DNA of 64,000 nt, from contig CAILUD010000167.1 of NCBI GenBank assembly GCA_903837285.1, forward strand, positions 19,692-83,691, written 5' to 3'. The notes under the pieces are model-generated. The model made no database searches. It had not been told where the DNA came from and saw only the letters and a program-made list of their open reading frames with translations. This document shows, in pieces, positions 28,498 through 38,577 of the stretch. The DNA comes from an uncultured Bacteroidota bacterium (lineage in GTDB: Bacteria > Bacteroidota > Bacteroidia > Bacteroidales > GWA2-32-17). How positions within the stretch are numbered: position 1 is the stretch's first letter; the number at the start of each line of letters is the position of its first letter. Both the position numbers and the translations under genes were made by a program.

Positions 28498-31077
28498 ATG
28501 GTAAAAAAATATTTAATTAGGACTTTAATTGGAATTGGAATAGCTTTATTTCTGTTAGTAAGCTCAGGAATAATTATTACTCTTGCTTATAGCGAAGAAA
28601 TTAAACAGTATTTTATTTCTAAAATAAATAATTATTTAAGCACAGAAATTAAAGTAGGAACTGTAGATTTTTCGGTACTTAAAAAGTTTCCTGATGCCTG
28701 TATAAGTTTTCATGAAGTAGTTGCAATGTCGGCACCTGGGTATGATAAAAAATCATTTAAAGGCATAAATTCAGATACTTTACTTGTTGCAAAGGATGTT
28801 TATTTGCAATTTAATATTTTTGATATTTTTAGTAAAAAGTATAATATTAAAGCAATACATATCGATGATGGTTATTCCAAAATTTTAATTGATAAAAAAG
28901 GAGGGGATAATTATCATTTCTGGAAAACTTCTGAAAATAGTGATACTTCTGCATTTAAATTGGATTTAAGAGATGTTAAACTAACAAAATTCAAAGTATT
29001 ATTTTATAATAAAGCTCAAAATCTGGAATTGAAATGTTCAACTAAAGATTTTTCAGTTTCAGGAAAGTTTAATGATGATAATTTTGAACTTCAAACTGCA
29101 GGCGATTTAAAGATCAGAAAATTTGCAATTGATAAAGTGAATTATATTAAAAACGATGCAATTTCACTTAATTTAAAATTTGATGTTAACAATAAACAAT
29201 TTAAAGTAAAAAGCGGTAGAATAAATATTAAAAACCTGGCATTTGATGTATTTGGGAATTATTCATATCCCGATAGTAAAATTGATTTGCAAATAAAAGG
29301 AAATGATATCGATATTAATTCATTTGTTTCTGCTTTACCAGAAAATATTAAAAATAATTTTGAGGGTTTTGAAAGTAATGGTACTTTTTATTTTGTAACA
29401 AATATTAAAGGTAAATTAAATTACGAAAATACCCCTTTAATAACTGCATCTTTTGGCATTGAGCAAACTACAATATCTCAGAAAAATTCAGGAGTAACGC
29501 TAAATAATGTTTTTGCAAAAGGAAGTTTTTCTAATGGAGACGAGCAAAGTGCAAGTACATCATATTTAAAAATTGATACAATATACGCATCTATAAATAA
29601 CAGTAAGTTTTCAGCACATTATGCAGTTAAAAACTTCACGAATCCACATATAGAACTCAAAGTTTCAGGAAATTTTGAGTTAGCCCAGATAAAGGATCTT
29701 TTTACAATTGATACATTAAAAGTTTTTAATGGAAGTATGAACGCCGATTTTTCTTTTGAAGGTAATGTTTCTAGTCTTTCAGGAATAACCGCATCAGAGT
29801 ATCGTAAAGCAATTACAGAAGGAACAGTTAATCTAAAAAATGCAAACTTGCAATTTGTTAATGATAATGATGAGTTTACAAATATTAATGCTGGATTTAC
29901 TTTTCATAACAACGATGTAAGAATTGATAGTTTATCATTTTTAATGAATAAACATGATTTCGATATTTCTGGTTATTTTAAAAATCTTATTGCTTATATG
30001 ATGTTAGATAATGAGCCGTTGGGAATCGAGGCTCGCATTCATTCAAAATATATTGATCTTAAAAAAATGCTAACAAATGATAGTGATGATGAAAATTCTG
30101 GAATTGCTTTACCTAAGAATATTAAATTAGCTGCAAATGTTTCTGTAGATAATCTTGATTATGGAAAATTTTCTGCTAAACGAGCATCTAGTTTTATTGA
30201 AATTAATAATAATGTTTTAACATTTACCAGTCTTTCTTTAGAAGCTTTGAGTGGCTCTGTAAAAGCAGATGGTGCCTTAAGAATTAATCAACAAAAAGAT
30301 GTTGTTCTGCAAGCTTCCGCTAATCTTAAAAATATTAATGTAACACAATTATTTAATGCTTTCGAAAATTTTGGACAAACATTTATTCTCGATAAACATT
30401 TAAAAGGCTTAATAAATGCCGATATTAAAGTTTCTTCTGAATGGAATGATAAACTTGAACTTGACCAGAAAAAACTTATAGCAACGTGCTCAATGCAGAT
30501 TAGTAATGGTGAGCTTATAAATTTTGATCCGTTGTTTAGATTATCAGATTACATAGCTCTATCTGAACTTAAGCATATAAAATTTGCAAGTTTAACAAAT
30601 GACTTTTTAATAAAAGACAGAAAAGTTGTTATTCCTCATATGGAAATAAAATCCTCGGCAATTAATATAGAACTAAGTGGTGAGCATACTTTTGATAATG
30701 ATTTTGATTATAAACTTAAAGTTTTATTGTCTGATGTTTTATCGAAAAAAGCGAAAAAGGCAAAGAAAGAAAATGAAGAGTTTGGTCAGGTGGAAGATGA
30801 TGGTCTAGGAAGAACCAGTCTTTTCTTGTCTATTAAAGGTAATATAGATAATTATAAAATTTCTTATGATACAAAAATGGTAAAAGAACATATCAAGGAA
30901 AATTTAAAAGTTGAAAAGGAAAATCTGAAAACTATACTTAACGAAGAGTTTGGGTGGTTTAAAAATGATACTACATTAGCAAAAAAGAAACAGAAAAAAG
31001 AAGAATTAAAAAAACCACAGTTCATGATAGAGTGGGATGAAGAAAAACCTGAAGAGGATTTAAGTGGAAAAAAATAA
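28498..31077 (+). CDS. AsmA-family protein
   Basis: Single N-terminal TM anchor followed by a long repetitive beta-rich region and a basic Lys-rich tail. Size and pattern are typical of AsmA-like proteins. Confidence 0.6.
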   Translation: MVKKYLIRTLIGIGIALFLLVSSGIIITLAYSEEIKQYFISKINNYLSTEIKVGTVDFSVLKKFPDACISFHEVVAMSAPGYDKKSFKGINSDTLLVAKDVYLQFNIFDIFSKKYNIKAIHIDDGYSKILIDKKGGDNYHFWKTSENSDTSAFKLDLRDVKLTKFKVLFYNKAQNLELKCSTKDFSVSGKFNDDNFELQTAGDLKIRKFAIDKVNYIKNDAISLNLKFDVNNKQFKVKSGRINIKNLAFDVFGNYSYPDSKIDLQIKGNDIDINSFVSALPENIKNNFEGFESNGTFYFVTNIKGKLNYENTPLITASFGIEQTTISQKNSGVTLNNVFAKGSFSNGDEQSASTSYLKIDTIYASINNSKFSAHYAVKNFTNPHIELKVSGNFELAQIKDLFTIDTLKVFNGSMNADFSFEGNVSSLSGITASEYRKAITEGTVNLKNANLQFVNDNDEFTNINAGFTFHNNDVRIDSLSFLMNKHDFDISGYFKNLIAYMMLDNEPLGIEARIHSKYIDLKKMLTNDSDDENSGIALPKNIKLAANVSVDNLDYGKFSAKRASSFIEINNNVLTFTSLSLEALSGSVKADGALRINQQKDVVLQASANLKNINVTQLFNAFENFGQTFILDKHLKGLINADIKVSSEWNDKLELDQKKLIATCSMQISNGELINFDPLFRLSDYIALSELKHIKFASLTNDFLIKDRKVVIPHMEIKSSAINIELSGEHTFDNDFDYKLKVLLSDVLSKKAKKAKKENEEFGQVEDDGLGRTSLFLSIKGNIDNYKISYDTKMVKEHIKENLKVEKENLKTILNEEFGWFKNDTTLAKKKQKKEELKKPQFMIEWDEEKPEEDLSGKK

Positions 31078-31157
31078 TAAATTTCAAAATAAAAAACAGG
31101 ATTTATTAGAGCGATTTTGTGAACTTAGTGTTTTAGTGGCAAAAAATAATTTATCCA

Positions 31158-31589
31158 ATGATAACAAATCTCCCGGAAAAAAGAATAGTCGATTTTATTA
31201 AAAAACATCATGTACTAACTCTTGCTACAAAATCTGAAAATGAACTTTGGTGTGCAAATTGTTTTTATGCATATTTAGAAGAAGAAAATTGTTTGATTTT
31301 CACTTCAGATATTACAACCCGACATATAACTGAAGCAATTGCTAATCCATTGGTAGCTGGCTCAATTGTTCTTGAAACAAGTGTTGTTGGAAAAATTCAA
31401 GGAATTCAGTTTCAGGGAATACTTTCAAAACCAGAAAATAAAAATTTAGAAAAAGTAAAAAAACGATATTTACATCGTTTCCCTATTGCAACTTTAATGG
31501 ATACAACTCTTTGGTCGCTTGAACTCACTTTAATTAAAATGACAGATAATCGGTTAGGGTTTGGAAAAAAACTTATCTGGAAAAAATAA
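31158..31589 (+). CDS. pyridoxamine 5'-phosphate oxidase-like FMN-binding fold protein (YhbP/UPF0306-like)
   Basis: 143 aa. Resemblance to the split-barrel family is judged by eye only. Confidence 0.45.
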   Translation: MITNLPEKRIVDFIKKHHVLTLATKSENELWCANCFYAYLEEENCLIFTSDITTRHITEAIANPLVAGSIVLETSVVGKIQGIQFQGILSKPENKNLEKVKKRYLHRFPIATLMDTTLWSLELTLIKMTDNRLGFGKKLIWKK

Positions 31590-31608
31590 TTCTGATAGTA
31601 TATTAATG

Positions 31609-31640
31609 TTATGTGTAAAGCTAGGACGCTTTATACATAA
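31609..31640. other. 13-bp stem hairpin in a convergent intergenic region
   Basis: TTATGTGTAAAGC-TAGGAC-GCTTTATACATAA (one G-T wobble). No adjacent T tract, so a terminator role is uncertain. Confidence 0.35.
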
Positions 31641-31703
31641 TACAGGCTGAATAAAAGTAAAATAAAAAGTATTAAACAGGCGTCGACGCCAGTTTAAATG
31701 AAA

Positions 31704-32183
31704 TTAGATTTTGATAAGTAATGCTATTGCCATCGCACTAACTCCTTCTTCTCTTCCAATAAATCCAAGCTTTTCGTTAGTTGTCGCTTTAATAGAAATT
31801 TCATCAAAATTAATCCCTGCAGCTTTTGAAATTTGCATTTTCATTTCAGTAACAAATTTCATTATTTTAGGTTTTTCTAAGCAAAGTGTACAATCAATAT
31901 TGTTTATTTTATAACCTTGTTCACGAATTAACTCTGAAGTTTTTGATAATAATATTTTGCTGTCAATTCCTTTAAATTCAGTAGAAGTATCAGGAAAATG
32001 AGTTCCAATATCGCCTAAATTTGCAGCTCCTAATAATGCGTCACAAATTGCATGAATAAGAACATCTCCATCAGAATGAGCTACAATTCCTTTTGTATGT
32101 GGAATTAACACTCCTCCAATTATTAAAGGCAATCCTTCTTTTAATTGATGAACGTCAAATCCTTGTCCAATTCTGAGTTTCAT
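31704..32183 (-). CDS. ispF: 2-C-methyl-D-erythritol 2,4-cyclodiphosphate synthase
   Basis: MKLRIGQGFDVHQL, HSDGDV and the GDIGxHFPDT motif; 159 aa. The start overlaps the porV stop (ATGA). Confidence 0.9.
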   Translation of the reverse strand: MKLRIGQGFDVHQLKEGLPLIIGGVLIPHTKGIVAHSDGDVLIHAICDALLGAANLGDIGTHFPDTSTEFKGIDSKILLSKTSELIREQGYKINNIDCTLCLEKPKIMKFVTEMKMQISKAAGINFDEISIKATTNEKLGFIGREEGVSAMAIALLIKI

Positions 32184-33460
32184 TTAGTTCCTGCTGCTTC
32201 TTTGCCTTTTATTCCTTCAAAATCGAATGAAAGTGTAAAGCGAAGAGTGTTTTCTAGCGGATTCTTTTGATGTATTGGAATTAAATATGAAAAGTCGAGG
32301 GCAAATACTTTAAGTTTAAGTCCAAGTCCAACTGTAAAGAATTTTCTATTTCCTTTTGTTGCATCTTCGTGAAAATATCCGGCTCTTAGTGCAAATTGTT
32401 TTGCATACCAATATTCTAATCCTACAGACCAGTTAATTTCTCTCCATTCTTCTTTTCCTACCGAACGATCATCTGGATTTAATGGATCTGCTGCTACACC
32501 TGGTGCATCCCAAAATGAATGAAAAATACCTGTTGCAGGAGAAACAAGTGGATCTTTACCATACTTAATATATTTTCCTGAAACATCTGCGGTATCACCA
32601 CCAGCCATTGCTTCGCCTTGTGAATAATAAATTGGAGGCGTTGGAACCAATAATTTACTTAATTCAATAACTCCTAGTAAGCTATTGTATTCATCTAATT
32701 CCATTTTATATGAAGTGCCAAGTTTCATCATGCATGGAAGAAAATCTTTGTCGGCATTATCAGTATATGAAAGTTTTGATCCAATATTTGAAATATTTAA
32801 TCCAACTCCTAATTCAGCTTTTTTCTTTTGAACTTCCATTGGTTTTAAATAGAAAAAAGAAACATCTGAAGCATATGCTTGTCCTGCTTTTGTTTGTGGT
32901 CCGGTTCCTGAATATCCACCAGTAAGATTTGAATTTATATATCTTAATGCAATAGAACCTGATACATTTTTTGCAAGTAAACGGCTATATCCAAAGTCAA
33001 TAGCAAATTCGTTTGGCCTATGCTGACCGGTTACATTTCCAATTTGGTCGGTAAAAGTAATGTCGCCAAGAGAAAAGTATCTTAATGAACTACTAAGAGT
33101 TTGGCCACCACCAATTTTCTTGTAACCAGAAATATATGCTAAATTTATGTCATTTACCAATTGTCTTAACCAAGGGGTATAAGAAATAGCTATTCCAAAA
33201 TCATTTTTCATAAATGCATATTTGGAAGGGTTGTGGTGTTGAGAATTAAGGTCGGGAGTGGTAGAAACTCCTGCATCACCCATTGCACCTGCTCTAGAGT
33301 CAGATGCTATTGTTAAAAACGGAACTGCTGTAGTAATTGTATTTACATCACCTGCTCGTCCATTTAATTCTTGAGTCGAAATTTGTGAAAAGCCAACAAA
33401 TGGCAATATTATTACAACCCAGAAAGATATCAATTTTAAAACAAATCTTCTCATAATCAA
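32180..33460 (-). CDS. porV: type IX secretion system outer-membrane shuttle protein PorV (LptO)
   Basis: Signal peptide and a FadL-like beta-barrel pattern, about 420 aa, immediately downstream of porU as in other Bacteroidota. Confidence 0.8.
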   Translation of the reverse strand: MIMRRFVLKLISFWVVIILPFVGFSQISTQELNGRAGDVNTITTAVPFLTIASDSRAGAMGDAGVSTTPDLNSQHHNPSKYAFMKNDFGIAISYTPWLRQLVNDINLAYISGYKKIGGGQTLSSSLRYFSLGDITFTDQIGNVTGQHRPNEFAIDFGYSRLLAKNVSGSIALRYINSNLTGGYSGTGPQTKAGQAYASDVSFFYLKPMEVQKKKAELGVGLNISNIGSKLSYTDNADKDFLPCMMKLGTSYKMELDEYNSLLGVIELSKLLVPTPPIYYSQGEAMAGGDTADVSGKYIKYGKDPLVSPATGIFHSFWDAPGVAADPLNPDDRSVGKEEWREINWSVGLEYWYAKQFALRAGYFHEDATKGNRKFFTVGLGLKLKVFALDFSYLIPIHQKNPLENTLRFTLSFDFEGIKGKEAAGTK

Positions 33461-33485
33461 TTAATTGCTCTAAACTATGTAATTG

Positions 33486-33493
33486 CAAAATTA
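33486..33493 (-). promoter_or_regulatory. candidate -7 box TAATTTTG between porU and porV
   Basis: The minus strand reads TAATTTTG about 26 nt upstream of the porV start. This suggests porV-ispF may also have an internal promoter. Confidence 0.3.
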
Positions 33494-33531
33494 CTACAAA
33501 TTAGCTTAAAAACGAAGATTTGTTTAATTTA

Positions 33532-36500
33532 TTATCTAAGGATAACTAATTTTTCAAATTTCTCTTGAAGTTTACCATCCGGAGTTTTTACAGCTAGTTT
33601 GTATACATAAACTCCTTTTCCAATTTTATCGCCATAATCGTCAAGCCCATCCCAAGGTATAGGCGAACTATGAAAACTATCATTACTTAAAATTGTTTTA
33701 ATAGATTTAATTAATTTGCCCGTAACTGTAAATACTTGTATTAATACATCTAAACTAGAATTTTCTTGATTGTGATCAAAGTAAAATGAAGTATTTGTTG
33801 TAAACGGATTGGGATAATTAAAAATATTTCCAATTGTTAAATCCTGAGCTTCTGCAACAAAAAATTCTGTGTATGCTTCTGTTGAGTTATTGCAAACATC
33901 CCATGCTTTAAATTTTAAGTTATGTTGACCGTTTGAAATACCTGCCATTGGATATCTTACAATACCGCTTTGGTAATTATTTAAATTTCCTTCGTAGTAA
34001 TCATTAAGGACAATTGTTTTTGCTGTATTGCCATCTAATACTGCAGTAATATCATGACCAATACCATTTCCAACAGTATTTATTCCATTATCGTCGTTAA
34101 GTTTTGCGAAAATATCGGGATTTTCATTTGTAATTCCACCATAAACAAAATTATCATCATTCATAAATAACTGAACTTGCGGTCCAACATTATCAGTAAT
34201 GCTACCTGAAGAATTTCCTCCAATATTTATACGTGTAAACCCTTGAGCATCAAAGACGGTGTTGTTGTCTGCGTAATAGCTTATTTTTCCGTTTCCAATA
34301 TTATACTGAATATCTTTAGGAATAACACACGAAAATTCGAAGTATGAATTATTTATTGAAGCTTTTCCTTTGTATAAAATGTTATTTTGAAGTTTAAAAT
34401 AAAATTTCGAGCCTCCATCATTTGCAAGTGTAGACATTGTTATAGGTTTGTCGAAAATAGTTGGATATAAAGTTCCATTGTAATTGCTTACAATTGATCC
34501 GTCCTGATATTGTATATGTCCTTTAACTGTGATTTTATCCAATGCCTTAATTGTATCTGAGAAGTTTGAAGCAGCTATTCCGTTTATGCTATCTGTTACA
34601 ACAATATATTTTGGATACGCTAATGTAATTGCTGGGTCGCCAAGTAAGGAAAAATTTCTTTTGTTAATATCTGCAGATGACGATGTTGCATTTTTTGCTA
34701 ATCTGTAAATATCACCAAGCCTCATATAATATCCATTATTGTCTTTCTTGAAAATTCTACTTATAAAAGCAGTGTTTATAGCAAAATTTGAATTACTGTA
34801 AACTAATCTTGTTGTTGTAAACATTGAAATTGCTCCTCCTGAAGGATTTAATATTACCATTTCGCCAGCTGCAGTTCTTGCGTAATCGTCATATCTACTG
34901 AATTCGCATGTAGCTGTAATAAAGAGTGGTAATTTTTCAAAATTAGTCCACGAATTAACATCAGAAACTCCAATTATATGCTCGTGAGCAAGTCCTACTT
35001 CGTTTCCATGTCCTGTATAATTCATCATCAAAGTCCCTTTTTTCATTCTGTTAGAAATGGCTAGGTTTACGTCTGGATAGCGATCTCCATTTGGAGTGGT
35101 GATTTGAGGGAAAGCATCTAAAAATATTTTTTCAATATTAAATGAAGAATAAAGAGTGTCAACTAACGTACATAAAGAATTGGATTGAGACATATGTTCA
35201 TTGCTATCTTCATCATCAGCAATATATGTAAGCCAGTTTTTCCAATCTCCATTTGTTGAAGGCTTGTAATAGTTAATAATTTTGTTTAATAATCCCTGGG
35301 CTTCTGTACTGTTTTTTACAGGAAGTCTTCCTACTCCAATATCAAGAGAACCAATATAGTCGCCTTCAGAATCTTCAAGCATTCCAAAATAATCATCAGT
35401 ACAAAAAGAGTTGGTAGGTGAGGTAGATGAACTAGATTGAAAAGTTAGGATATAATTTGTATTTGTAGAAAAATTATGTCTGTTATCGTATGATCCATCA
35501 CCATAAAATAACAAATATCTTGGCATTAATGAAGTATCGGTTCCTGCTCTATCATAAAACATTTTCATTAGGTCTTTAATTGCAGTAACATCTGGAGATC
35601 CTGAAGAAAATTCATTGTAAATAATTTCAGGAGTTGTAACTAAAACTGAAAGATTGTCATTAGTTCTGTGAAATTCTGCTAATGTGTTTGCATATGAAAT
35701 AAAATCAGGATGCGAAACAATAACCATATCAGTTGCAGGTAATGCATGTAAATTTTGATTTGCAACTTCACCAACTGTTGTTGGAGTATAAAAAATGGTT
35801 CCATCAAAAGCAATATATTCGTGTAATGAGTCCGATTTTGTAGTAAAAGATAGAATGTTGCCATTTAACGTTGTTGGAACAATATAAGGTGATATCGGAT
35901 TTGTAACATCCCATACTATTGTGTTTGAATTTGCATTTGAAATCTGAAAATCAGCATAATTTACTGGAGCCACAGAAGCCATATCTCTAAAATGTAATTG
36001 GCCTCCTTGCATTGTTAAACTTTTTCGAACATTCATGTCAATATAATCAAGCCAACCTTCGCCATCTTGAGCTGGTTTATTATATGTTATACTTACATTA
36101 AAATTTGTACTGCTTGAAGCAAATGATTTGGTGAATAACTCAGGATTTGCATAATTACTACTAACACTGGTAAGTGAAGTTGCTGGAATATTTGTATTAC
36201 CTAAATTAGTTCCGTTAACATTAAATGTAAAAGAACTACCAACACTTGATCTGCCATATACCATTGAGGCAAGTTTTACTTGCTCATTTGTTATGGTTTG
36301 TGGGAAATTAAAGCTAAAATCGTGCGAAAGAGCAATGTTAAAGCTTTCGCCCACCCATAATTTTCCACTTTTAATAAAATTTACCGATTCTATTTCGTGG
36401 TATAGGTAATCGTCAAATGAGTTTACTGTAACATTTGAAGTAGTTGTTTCGGTAGGTAAAGTCTGAATTTGTTTTGAACTACCACCTTCGTCAGTAATAA

Positions 36501-37335
36501 AATAATATGATTCATCAGAATATGGATGAAGATTATGAAAATAAATGCTTCTTACTTTATCATATTTCCAGTATACTGGACCATGGCCATAAAAAAGAAT
36601 AAAGTCACCATTATTAAATATTCCATCTGTCCCATTTTCAAACTTTATAGGATTTTCAACTAAGTCATCATATCTAAAAACACTGTTTTGAACCGAAAGA
36701 GCCTCACCGCCATTGCCGTAAATTTTTATATTAGCTGGATTTTGAAACCCGAGTGCGATAATTTGAGCATATGTTAATTTATAAATCCCATTTTGGGTGA
36801 CTTTTATTTTTTGCCATTTACCCGAATTTAAAACCGAATTTGCAGCATATGTTCTGCTTTTTAATATTTTATTTGGATTGAATGATTCTGTTATTTTAAA
36901 TTTAAATGAAACTAATTTTTCTATTGTTCCATTATTTTTATTTCGTCGAAGTGGAATAAAAGTTAATTCTAAGGTTGGTTTTTTCTTACTATAGGAAACT
37001 ATTGAGTTGAAATTTATTTCTGCTGGAATGCTTTCTGAATTTAATAAATTTTTAAGCTGTGAAGTAGGAACTGTCTCAAAATTTGTAGAAATAATCTCAA
37101 TATTACTATTGTTATTAGAAGTTAACATTTTGAATTGTTCGTGATAATATGGTAATCCGTTTGAAAGATTTTCATAAACCGCATTTGAGAAATATAACAA
37201 CTCAAAATTATTTTCGTTTATTTTTTCAACTTTGTTTGGTAACCAATTAATATTTCTTTCTAAAATTTGTCCAAAAGTAAATTTAGCAAAAAATAAAAAA
37301 ATGATAAAAAAGGCTGTAAATTGTAATTGTTTCAT
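33532..37335 (-). CDS. porU: type IX secretion system sortase / C-terminal signal peptidase PorU (gingipain C25-like)
   Basis: 1267 aa with a signal peptide and a C25-type peptidase core. It retains its own CTD-like end (NYPNPFTTNTSFYF...GVYVYKL...KLVILR). Paired with porV. Confidence 0.8.
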   Translation of the reverse strand: MKQLQFTAFFIIFLFFAKFTFGQILERNINWLPNKVEKINENNFELLYFSNAVYENLSNGLPYYHEQFKMLTSNNNSNIEIISTNFETVPTSQLKNLLNSESIPAEINFNSIVSYSKKKPTLELTFIPLRRNKNNGTIEKLVSFKFKITESFNPNKILKSRTYAANSVLNSGKWQKIKVTQNGIYKLTYAQIIALGFQNPANIKIYGNGGEALSVQNSVFRYDDLVENPIKFENGTDGIFNNGDFILFYGHGPVYWKYDKVRSIYFHNLHPYSDESYYFITDEGGSSKQIQTLPTETTTSNVTVNSFDDYLYHEIESVNFIKSGKLWVGESFNIALSHDFSFNFPQTITNEQVKLASMVYGRSSVGSSFTFNVNGTNLGNTNIPATSLTSVSSNYANPELFTKSFASSSTNFNVSITYNKPAQDGEGWLDYIDMNVRKSLTMQGGQLHFRDMASVAPVNYADFQISNANSNTIVWDVTNPISPYIVPTTLNGNILSFTTKSDSLHEYIAFDGTIFYTPTTVGEVANQNLHALPATDMVIVSHPDFISYANTLAEFHRTNDNLSVLVTTPEIIYNEFSSGSPDVTAIKDLMKMFYDRAGTDTSLMPRYLLFYGDGSYDNRHNFSTNTNYILTFQSSSSTSPTNSFCTDDYFGMLEDSEGDYIGSLDIGVGRLPVKNSTEAQGLLNKIINYYKPSTNGDWKNWLTYIADDEDSNEHMSQSNSLCTLVDTLYSSFNIEKIFLDAFPQITTPNGDRYPDVNLAISNRMKKGTLMMNYTGHGNEVGLAHEHIIGVSDVNSWTNFEKLPLFITATCEFSRYDDYARTAAGEMVILNPSGGAISMFTTTRLVYSNSNFAINTAFISRIFKKDNNGYYMRLGDIYRLAKNATSSSADINKRNFSLLGDPAITLAYPKYIVVTDSINGIAASNFSDTIKALDKITVKGHIQYQDGSIVSNYNGTLYPTIFDKPITMSTLANDGGSKFYFKLQNNILYKGKASINNSYFEFSCVIPKDIQYNIGNGKISYYADNNTVFDAQGFTRINIGGNSSGSITDNVGPQVQLFMNDDNFVYGGITNENPDIFAKLNDDNGINTVGNGIGHDITAVLDGNTAKTIVLNDYYEGNLNNYQSGIVRYPMAGISNGQHNLKFKAWDVCNNSTEAYTEFFVAEAQDLTIGNIFNYPNPFTTNTSFYFDHNQENSSLDVLIQVFTVTGKLIKSIKTILSNDSFHSSPIPWDGLDDYGDKIGKGVYVYKLAVKTPDGKLQEKFEKLVILR

Positions 37336-37512
37336 TATGTTCGCAATCTAAAATATGTAACGTCAAAAATACTAACAATTTTTCTCAAGATTTTTAAAAA
37401 ACGAGTATTTTATATTATTATTGTAGTCGTTAAAAAAGAAAAAGTAATGTTAAGAATTGTGAGAATAATAAAATTATTTGTATAATTGCAACTTGTAGTA
37501 AAGTCCATTGAG

Positions 37513-38499
37513 ATGATAAAAAAATACACTATTATTTTAATTGTCCTGTTATCAGGCTGTTGTGAATTTGTTTATGCTCAAGATCCTCAGTTTTCTCAGT
37601 TTTACGCCTCGCCTTTGTATCTTAACCCAGCACTTACAGGATCTGTTAAATGTCCAAGAGCTACCTTAAATTATCGAAACCAATGGCCTGCATTAGGTTC
37701 TACCTATGTAACCTACATTGCTTCTTATGACCAACAGGTTAGAGCACTTGAAGGTTCTTTAGGTGGTTACATATACTCTGATCAACAGGGTGATGGAGCA
37801 ATGTCAACGCTTAATGTAAGTGGAATTTATGCTTATACATTTGTATTAAACCGTAGAGCAAATATAAATTGGGCTTTTCAGGCTTCATTTATTCAAAAGA
37901 AACTTAATTGGGATTTTATTTTTCCAGATATGATTCATCCACTTTACGGACCAATTTATCCAACATCTGAAGTTTTGGTTCCAACATCTGAAGTTAAAAG
38001 ACATTTTGATTTTTCTACTGGTGGGGTTTTATCAACAAAAAATTACTTTTTTGGAGTCGCAGTTCACCATTTAACACAACCTACAGAATCTTTCAGAGGA
38101 AATGATGATGCCGTTCTTCCTAGAAAATATACTATTCACTTTGGAACAAATATTCCAATAAAAGGTGTTGGTTTAAGAAAAGGTGATCTTATGTTATCAC
38201 CAAATGTGTTGTTTCAACAACAAAAAGATTTCCAACAAATGAATTGGGGGTTATATTTAAGTCGTAAAGGTATTGTTGGAGGTATTTGGTTCCGTCAAAA
38301 TCTTACTTTCCATTATGATTCATTTATTATGTTGTTAGGATATGTAAAGGAAAAAGTAAAATTTGCTTATAGTTATGATTTAACAGTTTCGCAACTTAAG
38401 AATCAAACTTTGGGTGCGCACGAGGTTTCATTTACCTTTATATTCCCTTGTAAGCAGAAGAAACCAAAGTTTAGATCAATGGTTTGTCCATCTTTCTAA
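37513..38499 (+). CDS. PorP/SprF-family type IX secretion system membrane protein
   Basis: Family hallmark N-terminus AQDPQFSQFYASPLYLNPALTG and a beta-barrel pattern ending in Phe. The track opens at TTG 37486; ATG 37513 gives a proper signal peptide. Confidence 0.8.
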   Translation: MIKKYTIILIVLLSGCCEFVYAQDPQFSQFYASPLYLNPALTGSVKCPRATLNYRNQWPALGSTYVTYIASYDQQVRALEGSLGGYIYSDQQGDGAMSTLNVSGIYAYTFVLNRRANINWAFQASFIQKKLNWDFIFPDMIHPLYGPIYPTSEVLVPTSEVKRHFDFSTGGVLSTKNYFFGVAVHHLTQPTESFRGNDDAVLPRKYTIHFGTNIPIKGVGLRKGDLMLSPNVLFQQQKDFQQMNWGLYLSRKGIVGGIWFRQNLTFHYDSFIMLLGYVKEKVKFAYSYDLTVSQLKNQTLGAHEVSFTFIFPCKQKKPKFRSMVCPSF

Positions 38500-38507
38500 T
38501 TAAAAAG

Positions 38508-38539
38508 TTTGTGTTTAGTGCAATAATTCATTAATTTTG
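38508..38539 (+). promoter_or_regulatory. candidate Bacteroidota-type promoter of gldJ (-33 TTTG, -7 TAATTTTG)
   Basis: TTTG at 38508..38511 and TAATTTTG at 38532..38539, with a 20-nt spacer. Lies 39 nt upstream of the ATG. Confidence 0.45.
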
Positions 38540-38577
38540 TGAGTTTTTAAATAGGAATTAATTAATAGGTTCAAAAT

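Noticed and set aside
31679-31690. Perfect 12-nt palindrome GGCGTCGACGCC in an AT-rich intergenic region
   Set aside because: It is a single occurrence, too short to assign as an operator, and as a hairpin it would have only a 4-bp stem. Noted but not interpretable.
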